From NCBI GenBank assembly GCA_024280475.1, contig JAJRQA010000183.1, positions 1-42,621 of the forward strand: a stretch of DNA of 42,621 nucleotides. The letters run 5' to 3'. The notes below the pieces were generated by a model, which did no database searches, was not told the origin of the DNA, and saw only the letters and a list, made by a program, of their open reading frames with translations. Both the position numbers and the translations under genes were made by a program. The DNA comes from Alphaproteobacteria bacterium (GTDB taxonomy: Bacteria; Pseudomonadota; Alphaproteobacteria; Rhizobiales; JAKIUO01). Shown piece after piece: positions 1 through 9,382 of this stretch. Positions within the stretch are counted from its first letter, which is position 1; each line of letters starts with the position of its first letter.

Positions 1-560
1 AAGGCGGGAAAATCTTCGGAAATGGCAATCACCTTACCAAGGCTTTTGACGAATTTGCGCGAGGCGTTGAAGGTAGGGTCTTCGGTGGCAATGCCGCGAA
101 TAAGCTCCACCAGCTCCATGCGAGGGACCGGGTTCATGAAATGCATGCCAAGAAACTGTTCGGGACGACCAGAACTTGCCGCCAGACGGGTGATCGATAT
201 GCTGGACGTGTTGGTGGCCATGATGGCTTCGGGTTTCATCACTTTTGCCAGCTTTTCAAACAGCTCGTTTTTGGCTTGCTCATTTTCAATGATCGCTTCA
301 ATGACGAGATCATGATCGGCAAAATGATCCAGATCATTACTGGTCGTGATTTTCGCGAGGGCTGATTTTTGTGCGTCAGCGGTGATGATGTCTTTTTTGA
401 CCTGATAGGCCATATTGTGCTCGATGGACGCAAGCGCATCTTTTAATGCGTCAGATGAGGCATCATGGATCAAGACATCATATCCGGCCAGCGCTATGAC
501 ATGGGCAATGCCCTTGCCCATCTGCCCTGCTCCAACGATCCCGACTTTTTTGATTTCCAT
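1..560 (-). CDS. hbd: 3-hydroxybutyryl-CoA (3-hydroxyacyl-CoA) dehydrogenase; the window edge cuts off its C-terminus
   Basis: The minus-strand reading frame runs off the left edge. The N-terminus MEIKKVGIVGAGQMGKGIAHV is a Rossmann GxGxxG NAD-binding motif typical of Hbd/FadB-type enzymes. The ATG is at 560..558. It lies next to etfAB, as is usual in alphaproteobacteria. Confidence 0.85.
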   Translation of the reverse strand, partial: MEIKKVGIVGAGQMGKGIAHVIALAGYDVLIHDASSDALKDALASIEHNMAYQVKKDIITADAQKSALAKITTSNDLDHFADHDLVIEAIIENEQAKNELFEKLAKVMKPEAIMATNTSSISITRLAASSGRPEQFLGMHFMNPVPRMELVELIRGIATEDPTFNASRKFVKSLGKVIAISEDFPA

Positions 561-680
561 CGTCTTTTCTCCAAACGATTTTTGACCTGACCCACGCAAA
601 TTTTAAAACAGTTTCGACTTTAAGAATTACTCCAATTTTTGATGCGATTGAAGCATTGTTTTTCAAAGTGGTTTATCGGC

Positions 681-1622
681 CTATGATTGCTCATCGGCAA
701 GGGCTTTTTGCAATTGCGGCAATAGAGTATGGAGATCGCCAATTATACCATAGTCTGCGACCTTGAATATGGGGGCTTCAACGTCTTTGTTGATGGCGAT
801 AATTTTTCCCGCATCCTTGATGCCGGCAATATGTTGGACGGCGCCTGAGATGCCAAGCGCGATATAGAGATCAGGGGCGATCTGAACACCGGTCTGACCG
901 ACCTGCAAATGATGGGGGGCCCATCCCATATCAACGGCAATGCGAGAGGCTCCCAGCGCCGCACCCAATTGGTCGGCAAAGCCCTCCAGTTTTCGAAACC
1001 CTTCCTTTGAACCAACACCGCGCCCCCCCGCTATGACAATTGTTGCCTGCGAAAGATCGGGACGCTCCTCATTGGTTTCGATGTGCTCCAAAATTTCGAC
1101 CTGTCGATTGGAGGGGGGGAGGGGCAGCTCACTGACAGGGCAGGCGGCCTGATCTCCAACTGGCTTGAAATTGGCGGTTCTGATAGTCGCTATGAGTTTG
1201 TCGTCCTGGCTGGAGATTTGCTCGAAGAGGGAGCCGGCATAGATCGGGCGCTCAAAAGTTTGCCGGTCGAAGATGGCGCTGATGCCGGTCAGGGGCGCAA
1301 TGGACAATTGGGCCGCCAATAATAGAGTGATATGTTTGCCAGCGCCCGTATTGGCGGCGATCAAGGCTTGATACTCACCCATCAAGGGGCGCAGGGCGCA
1401 AGCGATATCATCAAATTCAAGCACATCAGATGGGGGGGCTGCAAGGATATGCACTTGCGCCACACCGGCCAGCTTGGAGGTGGCTTGTGCCAGGCTCTGA
1501 TCGGCGGCGCCAATTGTCAGAACATGCACATCATCGCCCAGTTTGAGGGCCGCATTTATAAGCTTTGAGACCGGCTCAATCGATTGATTTTTACAATATG
1601 GGGCAAGGACGAGAGTGGTCAT
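681..1622 (-). CDS. etfA: electron transfer flavoprotein alpha subunit
   Basis: The 313-aa translation has the EtfA FAD-binding C-terminal region (...DLYIALGISGAVQHIAGIKDAGKIIAINKD...). Its start overlaps the etfB stop (ATGA). Confidence 0.9.
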   Translation of the reverse strand: MTTLVLAPYCKNQSIEPVSKLINAALKLGDDVHVLTIGAADQSLAQATSKLAGVAQVHILAAPPSDVLEFDDIACALRPLMGEYQALIAANTGAGKHITLLLAAQLSIAPLTGISAIFDRQTFERPIYAGSLFEQISSQDDKLIATIRTANFKPVGDQAACPVSELPLPPSNRQVEILEHIETNEERPDLSQATIVIAGGRGVGSKEGFRKLEGFADQLGAALGASRIAVDMGWAPHHLQVGQTGVQIAPDLYIALGISGAVQHIAGIKDAGKIIAINKDVEAPIFKVADYGIIGDLHTLLPQLQKALADEQS

Positions 1623-2374
1623 TTCAACAAGCCATCCGTTCGCAATTGTTCTGCCAGTTCCGGGACGCTATCGAAAAACTGGCAAGCTGAGCGGGCAGCT
1701 GGCTCCTTGTATTTGATCAAAGAAACGGTTTGCTTGAGCGTCACTGGGATGTCTGCCAAAGGTCTGCTTGCAATGGGTTTTTGACGGGCTTTCATCATGG
1801 CGGGCAGGCTGACCGGTCGAGGTTCGCACAAATGCAGCTCGCAACTGATAATGGCGGGTAGGGCGGCGCGGGCGCGGGTCTGACCGTGATCGTGATCAAA
1901 GCTGGCGATCACATGTTCGCCCTCGATTTCTAGTTTGAAACTATCGGGTAGTAGTGGCAGATTGAGAAAACCGGCTAACAAGGACGGCGTCTGACCTGCA
2001 TCACTGTCAACAGATTGCTTGCCCATCAAAGCCAGATCAAACTGTTCCTCGCGAAATATTTGCGCGAGGATGCCAGCGATATCGAAAGGTTGCAGAGTTT
2101 GATCTTCGTTTGTCACGATATGGATGGCTCGATCCGCGCCCATTGCCAGGGCGGTACGTAGAGTGTCAGCTGTTTTCTCACCGCCAATCGAGACGGCGAT
2201 CAGCTCGCTTGCATCCCCGTTTGCTCGCAGCATCGCGGCTTTGGCAAGGGCAACCTCGTCAAATGGATTAAGGGCGTGAGGTTGATTCTGGCTGACAATG
2301 TTCTTGCCTTCCAAGTCAATGCGAACGGGGACATTGGGATCGATGACCCGCTTGACCGGCACGAGGATTTTCAT
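1619..2374 (-). CDS. etfB: electron transfer flavoprotein beta subunit
   Basis: The 251-aa translation begins MKILVPVKRVIDPNVPVRIDLEG, a typical EtfB N-terminus. It has a 4-bp overlap with etfA, forming an operon. Confidence 0.9.
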   Translation of the reverse strand: MKILVPVKRVIDPNVPVRIDLEGKNIVSQNQPHALNPFDEVALAKAAMLRANGDASELIAVSIGGEKTADTLRTALAMGADRAIHIVTNEDQTLQPFDIAGILAQIFREEQFDLALMGKQSVDSDAGQTPSLLAGFLNLPLLPDSFKLEIEGEHVIASFDHDHGQTRARAALPAIISCELHLCEPRPVSLPAMMKARQKPIASRPLADIPVTLKQTVSLIKYKEPAARSACQFFDSVPELAEQLRTDGLLK

Positions 2375-2392
2375 GGGCTATTCGTCTATCTG

Positions 2393-3085
2393 CTATTGAA
2401 AGAGCTTTACGTTGGGGCGACGCATAATAAGGACCAGCATGGCACCGGCAGCAAGGCCACCAATATGAGCCCACCAGGCTGTACCCGATTGCCCGGCACT
2501 CATGAGACTGACAAATTGTATGGCGACCCAGGCACCCAGCACATAAAGCGCGCGCAGTTTCAAAGAGATGAAGCCAAAGGCCAACACCCAGACAAGCACA
2601 TTAGGGTGCAGCATTAAATAGGCAGCAATGACACCAGCGACAGCGCCACTGGCGCCAATCAGTGGAATGTTGGAGGCGGGGGCCATAAGGCTGTGAGCGT
2701 AACCGGCCAGCACGCCGCAGACCAGATAGAAAATCAGGAACATGAAATGGCCCATGGCATCTTCGACATTGTCCCCAAACACCCATAAAAACAGCATATT
2801 GCCGATAAGATGCATCCAGCCGCCATGCAAAAACATATAGCTAAGCGGCGTGATGGCTTCGGGGGTGGCACCGATCAGCTGCACGGCGCTCGAAGCGCAC
2901 CCGTCAAGGCCGAGCAACTGGCACGGGATGATCGCCATATCAACGATACCGGCATGCCCAATATTATAAACAAGCCCGCTCTGGTAGACGATATAGATAA
3001 AGGCATTTACGATAATCAGCCCGATGGTCACAAAGGGGAATGAAATGGAGCGTAGGGGATTATCATCGTGCAGGGGAATAAACAT
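2393..3085 (-). CDS. rhomboid family intramembrane serine protease
   Basis: The 230-aa protein has multiple TM helices, a GASGAVAGVIAAY (GxSG) catalytic-Ser motif and downstream His-containing helices (AHIGG). Confidence 0.8.
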   Translation of the reverse strand: MFIPLHDDNPLRSISFPFVTIGLIIVNAFIYIVYQSGLVYNIGHAGIVDMAIIPCQLLGLDGCASSAVQLIGATPEAITPLSYMFLHGGWMHLIGNMLFLWVFGDNVEDAMGHFMFLIFYLVCGVLAGYAHSLMAPASNIPLIGASGAVAGVIAAYLMLHPNVLVWVLAFGFISLKLRALYVLGAWVAIQFVSLMSAGQSGTAWWAHIGGLAAGAMLVLIMRRPNVKLFQ

Positions 3086-3124
3086 TTTGGCGTTGGTCCT
3101 TGAAAACGGGGGTCCTCGAACTTG

Positions 3125-3316
3125 TTAAGGCGTGGCGAAATAAAAACTGACCATAACCAGGAGGATCGCCACAAACTGCATTCCAACGCGCCAGCGCATG
3201 AGCTTTTGCGACAGGTTCACAGAGCCATCACGGCTCATATTAACGAGTCCGAACAGCAAAATCGCTGCAACACTGAAGACAGCAAGCACGATCAGAATAC
3301 TGATTAAAAATGGCAT
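3125..3316 (-). CDS. twin-transmembrane-helix small protein (HIG1-like)
   Basis: Translation MPFLISILIVLAVFSVAAILLFGLVNMSRDGSVNLSQKLMRWRVGMQFVAILLVMVSFYFATP has two TM helices separated by an MSRxGSxNLSQKLMRWRV loop. The internal ATG at 3316 has a good SD (AAAGGGAAGA). The longer ORF running to 3397 is probably N-terminal over-extension. Confidence 0.55.
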   Translation of the reverse strand: MPFLISILIVLAVFSVAAILLFGLVNMSRDGSVNLSQKLMRWRVGMQFVAILLVMVSFYFATP

Positions 3317-3371
3317 ATTTTCTTCCCTTTGCACAATTGTATCACAGAAAAAATTGAAAGGGCAGTTCGAT

Positions 3372-4091
3372 TTACTGCAAGGTACCGCCGCCCTCATTTT
3401 TTGAAGCGATTTCCATTTCTGCCAGGGCCATCAATATTTCAGCGCGGATGTTTAGGGTTTTGGCTTCCAGCAGGGCTTGTTTTTCTTCCGGTCCATAGGG
3501 GCTGTGAATGCATAAAGTATTGACGAGATAGCCCGTCGAGGAACGATGGATCGAGCGCCAGTCAGCCGTCATGTCATTGGCGTTGAGATATAGACGCAGC
3601 AAGGAAAGCAGTTTTTCCCGGTCGACCTCGCCTTCGTCCTCGTCCCCGGCAAGGTCGCTGGCATACGGCTCACAATTGATATCGCAGATGCGATAAGGCT
3701 TGGTGAGATTGGTCTCCGCTTGCAACTCGAAGCGGCAAATGCCGGTAAGGGTGATAGCCATGCGGCCATTGTCCTGCTCTTCAAAACCGGTGATGCGGCC
3801 AATACATCCTGCTTTGCGCAGGGGCCAGTTGCGATCTTGCGGGGATTCGCTGCGTTCGTCCTCATCGGGTTCATCGGCACTTGTTTCATCAGATCGGCGG
3901 GTCTTGGAGGCGGGCTGGATGAGGCCGATGAGGCGTTCCCCTCCCAGCACATCATCGATCATTTCCAGATAGCGTGGCTCGAAAATATTGAAAGGCAGGG
4001 CGGTACGAGGCAGCAAAACGATGCCCCGCAGAGGAAAGACAGGTAGGCTTGAAGGCAGATCACTCAGCTTGTTATAGCGCTCCGTTATCAC
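3372..4091 (-). CDS. LON N-terminal (substrate-binding, PUA-like) domain protein
   Basis: The 239-aa protein has the motif FPLRGIVLLPRTALPFNIFEPRYLEMIDDVL typical of the Lon N-domain (LPLFPLxxxVLFP...EPRY). There is no ATPase or protease domain. Confidence 0.75.
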   Translation of the reverse strand: MITERYNKLSDLPSSLPVFPLRGIVLLPRTALPFNIFEPRYLEMIDDVLGGERLIGLIQPASKTRRSDETSADEPDEDERSESPQDRNWPLRKAGCIGRITGFEEQDNGRMAITLTGICRFELQAETNLTKPYRICDINCEPYASDLAGDEDEGEVDREKLLSLLRLYLNANDMTADWRSIHRSSTGYLVNTLCIHSPYGPEEKQALLEAKTLNIRAEILMALAEMEIASKNEGGGTLQ

Positions 4092-4127
4092 AATCGCTCC
4101 TTCGTTATTACCGTGTTGTACAATGCC

Positions 4128-5042
4128 TTATGAAAACAAGGCGAGGGAAAGCAGGCGCCGCCCTTCAATGGTCATGGGGTCGTTGGGACCCCAGGCTTCG
4201 AACAGTTGCAACAGCTGCACGCGGGCCGCGCTCTCATTCCATTGATTGTTGCGCGTGACGATCTCAATGAGGTGTTGAACCGCCGCTTCTTGTTGTCCCG
4301 ACGCATTGAGGGACAGGGCTAGATCATAGCGCGATTGATGATCATTGGGATCGTCTTCAAGCTTGGCGGCAAGTTCGCCAGCATCGCCAAGATCAGAGGC
4401 TTTGGCCAGCAGCTCAAGGCGGGCCTTGACGGTTTTGAGCAAGGGGTCATCAATTTTGTCTTCTGGCGCCATATCAAGTATTTTTTGAGCTTCGGGCGGG
4501 TTATCCATCTCCAGATGGACCGTGGCCAGCCCGGCGATGGCTTCCAGATTTTCCTTGTCCAGCTTCAGCGCCGCAACATAACCCTCGGCGGCAGTTTGCA
4601 GATCACCAGCTGCCAGCGCCGTGCTCAAGGCTGCCATATCGACTCCTTCGTCGACCGGGGCCTTGGTAACGCCGAGCTTGTCGATAAAGGCTTTTATTTC
4701 ACTTTCGCCAAGCGCCCCCATGAAGCCATCAACCGGTTGCCCATCCTTGAATGCGAAAACCGCAGGGATCGATTGTACACCCATTTGTCCGGCCAGCGAC
4801 TGGTTCTCATCGACATTGACCTTGACCATGCGCACCGCACCGCCATAGCCATTGACGACCTTTTCAAGAGCTGGGCCCAATTGTTTGCACGGGCCGCACC
4901 AAGGCGCCCAGAAATCGACGATGACCGGTACCTGTTTGGACGCCTCAATGACATCAGTGACAAATTTTTCTGTGTCGCTGTCAATCACATAACTCTGATC
5001 GCCAGCTCCATCGCCCGCTTGTGCCTCATCTATTGTCTGCAT
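4128..5042 (-). CDS. thioredoxin-domain plus TPR co-chaperone (YbbN/CnoX-like)
   Basis: A thioredoxin fold with FWAPWCGPCKQLGP is followed by a TPR-like helical C-terminal half. I chose the start at MQTIDEAQ (5042). The longer frame running to 5141 has no better SD. Confidence 0.8.
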   Translation of the reverse strand: MQTIDEAQAGDGAGDQSYVIDSDTEKFVTDVIEASKQVPVIVDFWAPWCGPCKQLGPALEKVVNGYGGAVRMVKVNVDENQSLAGQMGVQSIPAVFAFKDGQPVDGFMGALGESEIKAFIDKLGVTKAPVDEGVDMAALSTALAAGDLQTAAEGYVAALKLDKENLEAIAGLATVHLEMDNPPEAQKILDMAPEDKIDDPLLKTVKARLELLAKASDLGDAGELAAKLEDDPNDHQSRYDLALSLNASGQQEAAVQHLIEIVTRNNQWNESAARVQLLQLFEAWGPNDPMTIEGRRLLSLALFS

Positions 5043-5175
5043 AATTTCGTGCCTTTTGTTGCAAGTGCATTTCTGCGCGCTTAATCTTTGGCAAAAACAA
5101 TGGTACTTCTTGCGCATTATTGCAAGGTCGGCATAGTGCACGACATTGGAAAAACATATTGAAAAGGGTTCGGGG

Positions 5176-6402
5176 ATGAAAACCTCACCATTCGCACCAG
5201 AAATTCTAGCGAAAATGCCTGTGATCGAAGGGGTTGGTTTTGCCTCAATCGAGGCCGGTATCCGCTATAGCGGGCGCAAGGATCTGATGCTGGCGGTGCT
5301 GTCGCCGCAAACCGTAGTGGCGGGAACCTTGACCAAATCCAGAACCTCCTCCAGCGCTGTTGACTGGTGCCGTGAGCAGCTGGCTCACGGCAAGGCGCGC
5401 GCATTGGTGGTTAATTCTGGAAATGCCAACGCCTTTACAGGCCTCAAGGGGCGCCGCGCCGTGGAAATAACAGCGCAGCAGGCTGCCATTGCGGTGGGCT
5501 GCACGCCCCAAGAGGTGATGATTGCCTCCACCGGCGTGATAGGCGAAGCGCTCGATCCAGACCGGTTTACGCATTTACTGGGGGATCTGGCCGCGCAAGC
5601 AGATATAGATGGTTGGCATGATGCGGCCAGCGCCATCATGACCACCGACACATATGCAAAATTATCGACCAGAACGCTGCAGATCGACGGTGTTGATATT
5701 CATATCAACGGGTTTGCCAAAGGAGCGGGGATGATCGCCCCTGATATGGCGACCATGCTGTCGTTTATCTTTACCAATGCACCAATTGCGCCCGATATAT
5801 TGCAGGCGCTTTGCAGCCAGTATGTCAAAGGCAGCTTTAATGCGATCACCATTGATAGTGATACCTCGACCTCTGATACCTTGCTTTTGTTTGCAACGAG
5901 AACCGCTCAGATTGCCCCCATTGATAGCGCAGATGACCCACGACTTGAGGGTTTTAGCGAGGCGCTGGGCGCACTGATGCTTGATCTTGCTCATCAGATC
6001 GTCAAGGACGGGGAGGGCGTCAGCAAGTTTATCGCGGTACATGTCGAGGGCGCAGAGCATGATGTGGCTGCGAAAGTGGTTGCTTTATCGATCGCCAATT
6101 CGCCGCTTGTTAAAACAGCAATGGCCGGAGAAGATCCCAATTGGGGCCGCATCATCATGGCAGTGGGCAAGGCGGGCGAACAAGCGGACCGTGATCGGTT
6201 GGGTATTTGGTTTGGTGATATCGAAGTTGCCAAAGATGGAGAAGTTGCCCCCGATTACCGTGAGGAACTGGGCGCGCAATATATGAAGGGCGCTGAAATT
6301 GCGATCAGGGTAACGCTTGGAATTGGTGAGGGTGCGGCGGTGGTTTGGACCTGCGATCTGACCCACGAATATATCACTATCAACGCGGATTACCGAAGCT
6401 AG
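5176..6402 (+). CDS. argJ: bifunctional glutamate N-acetyltransferase / amino-acid acetyltransferase
   Basis: The translation has the [13 protein letters not shown] self-cleavage site (ATML, Thr nucleophile) and ArgJ-like overall sequence. ATG 5176 is preceded by AAGGG. The track ORF starts at TTG 5146. Confidence 0.85.
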   Translation: MKTSPFAPEILAKMPVIEGVGFASIEAGIRYSGRKDLMLAVLSPQTVVAGTLTKSRTSSSAVDWCREQLAHGKARALVVNSGNANAFTGLKGRRAVEITAQQAAIAVGCTPQEVMIASTGVIGEALDPDRFTHLLGDLAAQADIDGWHDAASAIMTTDTYAKLSTRTLQIDGVDIHINGFAKGAGMIAPDMATMLSFIFTNAPIAPDILQALCSQYVKGSFNAITIDSDTSTSDTLLLFATRTAQIAPIDSADDPRLEGFSEALGALMLDLAHQIVKDGEGVSKFIAVHVEGAEHDVAAKVVALSIANSPLVKTAMAGEDPNWGRIIMAVGKAGEQADRDRLGIWFGDIEVAKDGEVAPDYREELGAQYMKGAEIAIRVTLGIGEGAAVVWTCDLTHEYITINADYRS

Positions 6403-6471
6403 ACCAATGGTTTGAAGTTTAGTTTTGATTAATCCAAAATTTTATCGGCATCTTAAAAGATTGGGGGCAAG

Positions 6472-6888
6472 ATGGGTCAGAACGTTAAAGTGCCTTTGCT
6501 TGTAGTGGTGGCGTGCGTGCTTGTTGATGCTGACGGCAAAGTCTTGTTGGCGCAGCGCCCCAAAGGGAGGTCAATGGCTGGTTTATGGGAATTTCCGGGC
6601 GGCAAGCTGGAGCTGGGGGAAACCCCCGAAGCCTGTATCATTCGGGAATTGCAAGAAGAGCTGGGGATCACGGCAAAAGCCGCCTGTCTTGCCCCATTGA
6701 CCTTTGCCAGCCATGCCTATGAGGATGTTCATCTATTGATGCCGCTATATGTGGCACGGCGATGGGAAGGTGTTGTGACACCCCTTGAGGGTCAAAAACT
6801 GGCTTGGGTCCGCCTCAATGAGCTGCGTTCCTATGAGATGCCGCCAGCCGATGAACCGCTGGTTGCCATGTTGTTTGATTTGTTGTGA
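6472..6888 (+). CDS. mutT: 8-oxo-dGTP diphosphatase (NUDIX hydrolase)
   Basis: A Nudix box (GLWEFPGGKLELGETPEACIIRELQEELGI) is present, and the 138-aa size fits MutT. The argJ-mutT adjacency is conserved in alphaproteobacteria. Confidence 0.85.
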   Translation: MGQNVKVPLLVVVACVLVDADGKVLLAQRPKGRSMAGLWEFPGGKLELGETPEACIIRELQEELGITAKAACLAPLTFASHAYEDVHLLMPLYVARRWEGVVTPLEGQKLAWVRLNELRSYEMPPADEPLVAMLFDLL

Positions 6889-6905
6889 TGAAGTGAAGGG
6901 ATGAG

Positions 6906-7115
6906 GTGTCCGGGCAGATGACCAGTTTTCGATTAAAAACTGAAGACGTTCTTCGCGCTTTCGCCTGCGATGAAAGCGGCGCGACCGCCATCGAATATGC
7001 TCTGATCGCCACGGGTATTTCTGTTGCGATCATTGTCGGCTTTACCCACATGGGCAGCTCCGTGAAGACCTTGTTTAATGGCATCGCCGCAAAAGTCGTC
7101 GCCGCGATCACCTAG
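6906..7115 (+). CDS. flp: Flp family type IVb pilin
   Basis: The DESGATAIEYALIATGISVAII motif is the Flp prepilin-peptidase processing motif (G/ATAIEY) followed by a hydrophobic helix. GTG 6906 has an AAGGGA SD, and an alternative ATG lies at 6918. Confidence 0.8.
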   Translation: MSGQMTSFRLKTEDVLRAFACDESGATAIEYALIATGISVAIIVGFTHMGSSVKTLFNGIAAKVVAAIT

Positions 7116-7127
7116 CATCAATAGATG

Positions 7128-7898
7128 CTAGAATTGGTCTTTCAAGGCTCTGGTGGCTGAAAAGGTTTTTATTTCGGCTTGCCCTTCCAGCCCAAACTTC
7201 TTTTGAATTTCCCTACTGTCTGATCGCAAAAACGGGTTTGTGGCTTTTTCGGTGGCAAGGCTGACGGGTAGCGTGTCTTTGCGAGCGCGGCGCAATGATC
7301 TCACTTCTTCCGCTCGTTGCTGCAGCGCCAGATTATCTGGCTCGACTTCAAGGGCAAACTCGGCATTTGACAGCGTATATTCATGACCACAATAGATTTG
7401 TGTATCATCTGGCAGGGCGCGGATTTTTTGCATGGATTGCCACATCAATTCCGCCGACCCTTCAAACAGGCGACCGCACCCCATGGAAAACAGGGTGTCA
7501 CCAGTGAATAGAATTTTATCAGGCTCGACAAAATAGCAGACGGACCCGAGTGTATGGCCAGGGGTTTCGAGCATAGTGATTTTGTTTGCCCCGAACTCAT
7601 AAATGTCCCCATCCTCCATCAGTTCGTCAATGCCCGGAATACGTTTGGCATCGTTTTTTGAGCCGACAATCGTGCATCCCGTACGCTCCTTCAGCATTTC
7701 ATTGCCGGGCACGTGATCATAGTGATGATGCGTGTTGAAAATATGGGTCAGTTGCCTACCCTTGGTGTCTAGTTCGTGCCATATCGTCTCGCCATCAGGG
7801 GTATCGATACTCGCGCACAGCTTTGCAACTGGATCATAAAGCAGCAGACCAAAATTGTCCGCGCGACATCTAAACTGATGCACCAATAGTTCACCCAT
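7128..7898 (-). CDS. gloB: hydroxyacylglutathione hydrolase (glyoxalase II), MBL-fold
   Basis: A THHHYDHV metal-binding motif is present, with the C-terminal fold typical of GloB, in 256 aa. Confidence 0.8.
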   Translation of the reverse strand: MGELLVHQFRCRADNFGLLLYDPVAKLCASIDTPDGETIWHELDTKGRQLTHIFNTHHHYDHVPGNEMLKERTGCTIVGSKNDAKRIPGIDELMEDGDIYEFGANKITMLETPGHTLGSVCYFVEPDKILFTGDTLFSMGCGRLFEGSAELMWQSMQKIRALPDDTQIYCGHEYTLSNAEFALEVEPDNLALQQRAEEVRSLRRARKDTLPVSLATEKATNPFLRSDSREIQKKFGLEGQAEIKTFSATRALKDQF

Positions 7899-8278
7899 TT
7901 TTAACCATTCCTTTCAAAAACTCCCGGTTACCAGGATATCTAACTGATATAAAACAAGAAAAGTAACGATTGCTGGTGTAAGCTTTGCGGCGTCTACGTC
8001 TCTTGTATTATATCAAAAACTTGTATTATTCTCTCATTGATTGTAATTTACTCAGGCCCCATTGGTGAAAATGGGGAGCAGCTCCTTCATTCATCAGTGG
8101 TTTTGAAATAATGACCTGGCAGAGCTGAATATACACTTTGTGAGGGGAAGTGGCATTGTTATTGCGGATCTCTATTTAAGAAATTGTTGGTTTGCAAATT
8201 CAAAAATGGCTAGCCGATGGTTTGCGATCGCCAGACCAGGAGCCAAATCAGTTTGTTGAATAGGTCTGGAGGGGCGTT

Positions 8279-9283
8279 GTGCGGGTAACAAAATTAGGCT
8301 CCAACAAGTTAATTTTAACATTGGTCAGGATTGTGGTATTGCTTGGTGGGGTTATGGCCTGCCTGTGGCTATGGGCCTTTTATGTATTTATCATCACCTA
8401 TACGCTCGGCGTGGCAGCCTATATCTTCCAGCGAAATTTTATATATCGCCCGGCCAAACGCTCCTATCGACCTCCCGCCAGCCTGCATTTAAAAGGTGTT
8501 CATGAGGTGTGGTTAAACACGCCGGACGGTGAACAGATCTTGACCTGGCAGATTGAACCACAGCAGGGTATGCCAACTATTCTTTATTTGCATGGCAATA
8601 ATTGCAATCTTTCCAACCGGTTGGAGCGCGTCAGCCGATTTTTGCACGATGGGTACGGGCTGATGATGCCAAGTTTTCGTGGCTATGGCATCTCGACGGG
8701 TCGCCCTTGTGAACAAAATAATGTCAATGATGCGCTACTTGCCCATGAGAAATTGCAACATGCCGGCGTGCCAGGCGATGATATTATTGTCTATGGCGAA
8801 AGTCTGGGAACAGGCGTTGCGGTGCAAGTGGCGGCGCGCTGCTCAATTGGCGCTCTTGTTCTCGAAGCCCCTTATACCAACCTGCGCGATCTGGTGCGCT
8901 ATCGGATCAGAGTTATCCCAGCCTATAGCTTTTTGAAGGACAGGTTCAACTCAATAGAGCACATCAAACAAGTGACAGCTCCTTTGCTGATCATTCATTC
9001 TCTTGGAGATGAGGTGATCCCGATTGCCTTTGGGCGATGGTTATTTGAGGCGGCCACCGGCACAAAAGAATTTTTGCGGGTGCGTGGTGCTGGACATTTT
9101 GGTCTGTTCCAGGCTGGAGCCTGGCCAAGGGTCCGCCAGTTCGTTGAAAATCACGTGAAAAGCGCCGGAAATTTTGGTGTGCGAGCCCGCGAAACTATGG
9201 CCTCCAACAGCCAGCAGGTCGTAAAACTGGCAAGCAATACTCGTTCGGGAGCCGCTCGATCACAGCGCACATTTAATAGCTGA
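8279..9283 (+). CDS. alpha/beta-hydrolase with N-terminal TM anchor (BEM46/serine aminopeptidase S33-like), paralog 1
   Basis: It has an N-terminal TM helix, an LYLHGNNCN oxyanion region and a GESLGTG nucleophile elbow (GxSxG). The GTG start has a GGAGG SD. A ~70-aa C-terminal extension is absent from paralog 2. Confidence 0.7.
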   Translation: MRVTKLGSNKLILTLVRIVVLLGGVMACLWLWAFYVFIITYTLGVAAYIFQRNFIYRPAKRSYRPPASLHLKGVHEVWLNTPDGEQILTWQIEPQQGMPTILYLHGNNCNLSNRLERVSRFLHDGYGLMMPSFRGYGISTGRPCEQNNVNDALLAHEKLQHAGVPGDDIIVYGESLGTGVAVQVAARCSIGALVLEAPYTNLRDLVRYRIRVIPAYSFLKDRFNSIEHIKQVTAPLLIIHSLGDEVIPIAFGRWLFEAATGTKEFLRVRGAGHFGLFQAGAWPRVRQFVENHVKSAGNFGVRARETMASNSQQVVKLASNTRSGAARSQRTFNS

Positions 9284-9382
9284 TTGGATCGGCTTTCAAC
9301 CTTCATTTATTTTTTGCTTTGGTTTGGGCTAGATCCCGGCATATTCTGGCAGTGAGATGCTTAATTTCCAGCAGATAAGGCC

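Noticed and set aside
3317-3397. N-terminal extension (MRAAVPCSKSNCPFNFFCDTIVQREEN) of the small twin-TM protein
   Set aside because: The internal ATG at 3316 has a strong SD and yields the typical ~63-aa family size. The extension overlaps the LonN gene's 3' end.
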